A stretch of 57,427 bases of DNA, counting the filler, from Bipalium vagum (Eukaryota): NCBI GenBank assembly GCA_037834085.1. It is 3 parts of 3 records of this genome, joined end to end, with 100 filler letters (N's around TTAATTAATTAA, not from the genome) between each part and the next. Parts side by side here need not be neighbours in the genome. Positions count along the whole stretch, not along the records: positions 39,387 to 57,427 come from JBBMKC010043124.1; 2 more parts are not named here. One strand, written 5' to 3'. The notes beneath the pieces are model-generated. The model did no database searches. It was not told where the DNA came from and worked only from the letters and a program-made list of their open reading frames with translations. Numbering within the stretch: the stretch's first letter is position 1; the number at the start of each line of letters is the position of its first letter. Below, in pieces: positions 53,375 to 57,427 of the stretch. Position numbers and translations under genes: made by a program.

Positions 53375-55508
53375 CAGTAAACCTGTTTAACATGAACAAG
53401 GGACCGAAATTTGTAAGTTGTTCATTTCAAAAACTTTTCAAGATAAGCAGTTAATTTTTGCGCAAATTTCATTGCACATTAGAGTACATGAAACCAAGGT
53501 TGTTATTAAGTTTTTTAGAAATGAATGTCGGTTTTATAAATCTATTTTATTTAATGTTAGTTTACCATAATTTTGTGTTGTTTTAATATATTTTATACAT
53601 CATTTAAAAGCGTGAAATTTAAATTATATTTTGTAGGCATTTCGTAATTATTTAATTTTAAATAACGTTATTGTTAATGTTTTAAGGTAACATGGAAAAT
53701 AATCAATTACGTACAATTTACTTATATGAATTTAAGCTAAGTCACAGAACGCACCTTACAACGTTGGTTCAAAAGACTTTGCGAAGCAGACCAGACACTC
53801 GAAGATAAAGAGGGTTGTGGTCGAAAGAGTTCAATCAATAATGACGAATTGAAAGCATTGGTGGAGGCGAATTCACGTACCACAGTTAGAGACCTAGCAA
53901 AAGAGTTAGCTGTAACAATTGGAGCAATTTCGACCCATCTGAAAGAAATTGGGAAGTCCAAATAGCCCAACAAATGGGTCCCACACGACCTAAACGAAAA
54001 TCAAAAAATCGACGGTCTGAACTTGCGTCTTCTCACATTTTGCGCAACACTAATGATCCTTTTCTCGACCGGATTGAAAAGACTGATGAGAAGTGAATAA
54101 TTTATGACAACAGACAGTGGTCAGCTCAATGGTTGGACCATGATCAAGCTCCGAAACATTTTGCGAAGCCAAAGTTACACCAAAAGAAACTGATGGTGAC
54201 TGTTTGGTGGTCTGCACGTGGTCTAATTCATCACATCTTCTTGAAACCAGGAGAATCAATTACGACAGAGTTATACTGTAAGCAAATTGAAGAAATGCAC
54301 TTGAAACGTCATCCAGCTTTGGTCAATAGAAAGAGAGCTATTATATTGCACGAAAATGCTCGGCCGCATGTCGCACAATTGACCCTACAAAAATTGAACA
54401 AGTTGGGCTACAAAATCCTGCCACATCCAGCATACTCTCCAGACCTCTCGCCAACAGACTACCATTTCTTCAAACATTTGGACCACTTCTTACGGGATAG
54501 ATGTTTCAGAAACGAAGAGGACGCCAAAAATATCTTCAACGACTTCATCGCATCTAGAACACAGGAATTTTATGATAGTGGCATAAAGAGACTTGTATCT
54601 CGTTGGACTAAGTGTATTCAAGCTAATGGTGCATATTTTGCTTAATAAACTTTAGTCTTACTTGACAATTTTTACTTTAAAAGTTAAAAGTCAAAAAACG
54701 ACATTCATTTCTAAGCAACCTAATACATCACAAAATGTTATTATGTGCAATGAATCTTTACAAACTCGGTTTATTCTGGGGATATAATCAAGAAAGCTAT
54801 TTCTTAACTTTCTGTCTAGTTTTGATCATTTTATTTTGAGTAATATCAAGAGAACCCAACTTATCGGGACATTTTTGAACAAACCGTAAGTCCAAATTCC
54901 TGAAACAATTAAAAGCTTTGGAATATGATATATTATATATGTCAAATTATCATTTATAGGATTAATCCCATTATTTTCATCTAGATCTTGTTTGGCATTT
55001 ATTTTGCCTTGGAGTTCATTGCTAAAATCAATATAATCATCACATGAGAACATCTCATTTATAAAAGGGTCAAAATCATCTTCAATACTATTTAAAATAG
55101 TTGAATTATTGAATTCAGCCTTATCATCAATTTTGTCTTTGAGTACATTTGTTTTATTAAAATAATTGAATGATGTCAATTGATATTGAATCCCACGACT
55201 TTTTATTAATCGATAAAATCCAATAAAGTTAATTTATTTTTTTTATGATAAAATGATAAAAATATTTAAATATAAGATATTTTGTATTTTTAAAATTTCC
55301 AAGTTGAACAAACAAATTTTTAAACTTTTTTTATAAAGAAAATGAAAATAAAATATTAATTTTTCATGTTCAAAGTTACACGATGCTCAATTTTAAAGTT
55401 TCAAAATTTTTAATATTATATTTTAGATCAATATTCACAAAAAATAATTTTTGTTCAATTAAAAAATGTTTCATGTTTAGTAGTGTTCAAGTTAAGCAGG
55501 TTCAACTG
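53375..55508. mobile_element. TA-flanked TIR element (pogo/Tc1-type CAGT ends) hosting a nested mariner
   Basis: TA-CAGTAAACCTGTTTAACATGAACA at 53373 versus the rc of the right end, TA-CAGTTGAACCTGCTTAACTTGAACA (to 55510). About 0.9 kb without the insert. Confidence 0.7.
53506..54723 (+). mobile_element. cecropia-subfamily (Hsmar1-like) mariner with TIRs, inactivated
   Basis: TA-TTAAGTTTTTTAGAAATGAATGTCG and rc TA-TTAGGTTGCTTAGAAATGAATGTCG. ORF 54133-54645 has APKHFAKPKLHQKKLMVTVWWS, HENARPH and YSPDLSPTDYHFFKHLD. The N-terminal half has stops and frameshifts. Confidence 0.93.
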
Positions 55509-56679
55509 TAATTAAAATAATAATTATTTTTTATTTTTATTTATTATTATTTTAATCAATACTTTTTCATATAGATTTTTAATTAATAAAAAATATTTAA
55601 AATTAAATTAGACATTTTATCACGTTATATAAACGATTATTATAATGATTTATTATTATTATTATTATTATTATTTTTTTTTTATTTATTTTTTTTTTTT
55701 AAACTGTTCCATTAATAGTTAAATAATAATAAAAGTCCTCTATTTCTATTTGTTAAAATAAAAAGTTTTGTTAATGATAAATTTTGTAAATAAATAAATA
55801 ATAATAATAATAAACAATAAATAATAATAATTTATTCTCTCACAGAAGCCTCATTAAACACAATGTCGCCTAATACTGGTTAATATTTCATATTGAAATT
55901 TTCATTAACATTCTCTGAAAATCACCTTCGTTGTTTAAATATGATAATGAATTATTTAAATATAATAAATTGTTAAGCCCGGAGATTTATTGCTCCTTGG
56001 AATTTATCTCTAATGTACCTTATCCACTATTGTCAGGCCATTTGTCTTTTGTGCTGGCCATCAAAAACAGAGCTGAGCAAGAGTGAAATTTCACTTGGAT
56101 TTTTAAGCACAAGAACGATTTATTTTATTTATTGATATTTATTTCAACTTTATTTTGGAACAGAAGAGATACAACTATCATCAAGTTGCATTTGGTTCAT
56201 TTCAAAGAATTTGTGATATTTTCTAACATTGCTCTGTCATAATTATTTATTATTTTTTATTAATAATTTATTAATATTTCTAATAATTGATTGGGACTGT
56301 TTCAAGTTCAAAATCTCTTAGTTGATAATGTCTCTGAATATTTTTCATATGACATAGGGGAAGATAATGAGATGTAACAAGTTACATTAATAATTAATAA
56401 TTAATAATAATAAAATAAAATTAATATATAATAAAAATAAAATTAATATATAATAAAATAAATATTTCATAATTTAAATAAAATAAATGATAAATAAAGT
56501 AATTGTTTTGTTTGACTGTTGCAAATTAATTTTTTTCTAAGAAATATTTTCTGGTCCGGATTTCCTAATCTCTTCATAAATCAAAAGCATTTCTCTTTAT
56601 ATTAGGTGACAAAAACTTTCTACCGTTTTCTTCGTAGACGGTATTTTTGTTTATCCGAATTAAAAATGTCGCAAAATTA

Positions 56680-57330
56680 AAAGTCAAGAAAAACGATGCG
56701 TTATGAAATTTTATTTCACGAAAGGGAAAAATCCCAATCAAAAAGTCAGGTCCCTTTTATTATCATGAGGAGTGTTGCGGGAGTGGTTCGCACGATTTTG
56801 TCCAAGCAACTTTGATTTGAAGAATGTACCTTGATCTGAGAGAAAATAATTTTGCAGAAAAAGAGAAAGAAATCGTTAGCATAATCAAACAAGACTCTCA
56901 GATAAACAGTTGGGACATTGCTAAAGATCTGGAAAATTTTGAACAAACTGTTTTAAAACATCTGGAATAAATTGATTACAAGAAAAAGCCTGAAATCGGA
57001 ATGCCTTATAATTTATCTGAACAGAAGTTAGTCAACAGTATTCTTGTTTTTGAATATTTAATGAAAAGAAATGAACTTGAACCATTTCTTAGAAATACGA
57101 TCTCGTCGGAGATGAAACGTGGATCGATTTTCATGATAATGTGAGAAAAGATTGTGGTCCTAAAAAGATGAACCTTCACAAGCCAAAATAATCTTCAATA
57201 GTGGTGATGTTGTTTTTTTTCTAAGATTTAATAAGAATCGTGAATCATGAAGGAGCGTGGTCAAACAGTTAATTACATATTTTATTGTCAGCAACTTGAA
57301 AGATCAAATCAAGTGTTAAAAAAACCGACT
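56680..57330 (+). mobile_element. Degenerate mariner element
   Basis: MSQN*KSRKTMRYEILFHERE, MPYNLSEQKLVNSIL, RNELEPFLR and GDETWIDF fragments. Confidence 0.7.
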
Positions 57331-57427
57331 TACGTGGTGCGCCCAATAATTAGTGAGACTAGCATAGAAAGAGATGCACGAATATTATAATTTTTATTTA
57401 ACATAACAAGCACATTACAGAGGTTTT

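Noticed and set aside
54133-54645. Host SETMAR gene
   Set aside because: There is no SET domain, it is flanked by TIRs and TA, and the N-terminal half is broken. It is a transposon copy.
56395-56462. Short tandem duplication of an AT-only unit (possible CRISPR-like or regulatory array)
   Set aside because: Low-complexity slippage with no spacers. The DNA is eukaryotic and no CRISPR array is present.

Overview
Very AT-rich animal (metazoan) nuclear DNA, not prokaryotic; the species cannot be identified from the sequence. The window is three segments joined by two identical artificial 100-nt spacers (N44-TTAATTAATTAA-N44 at 22338-22437 and 39287-39386), so adjacency across them is not established. 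Segment 1 (1-22337) holds a tandem cluster of divergent rhodopsin-like 7TM receptor genes (two intact two-exon copies and one deleted, Tc1-truncated relic) plus a frameshifted, intronless RPS21 pseudogene. Segment 2 (22438-39286) holds a complete 6-exon TMEM38/TRIC cation-channel gene. 231 nt after its stop codon, on the same strand, are the first 8 exons of a divergent kinesin-3 (KIF16/STARD9-like) gene that is cut by the segment end. The ORF track misses both genes because of their introns. Segment 3 (39387-57427) has no host gene I can recognise: it holds a degenerate tRNA-Ala-like sequence and nested DNA transposons. All segments are littered with dead Tc1/mariner/pogo elements and MITEs. 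I found no convincing wholly new system. The best leads are the non-canonical GPCR cluster, the operon-like TRIC-kinesin spacing, a TIR element with unexplained cargo, and an Hsmar1-like mariner that may be horizontally acquired. All family calls come from my own translation and recalled motifs, not from database searches.
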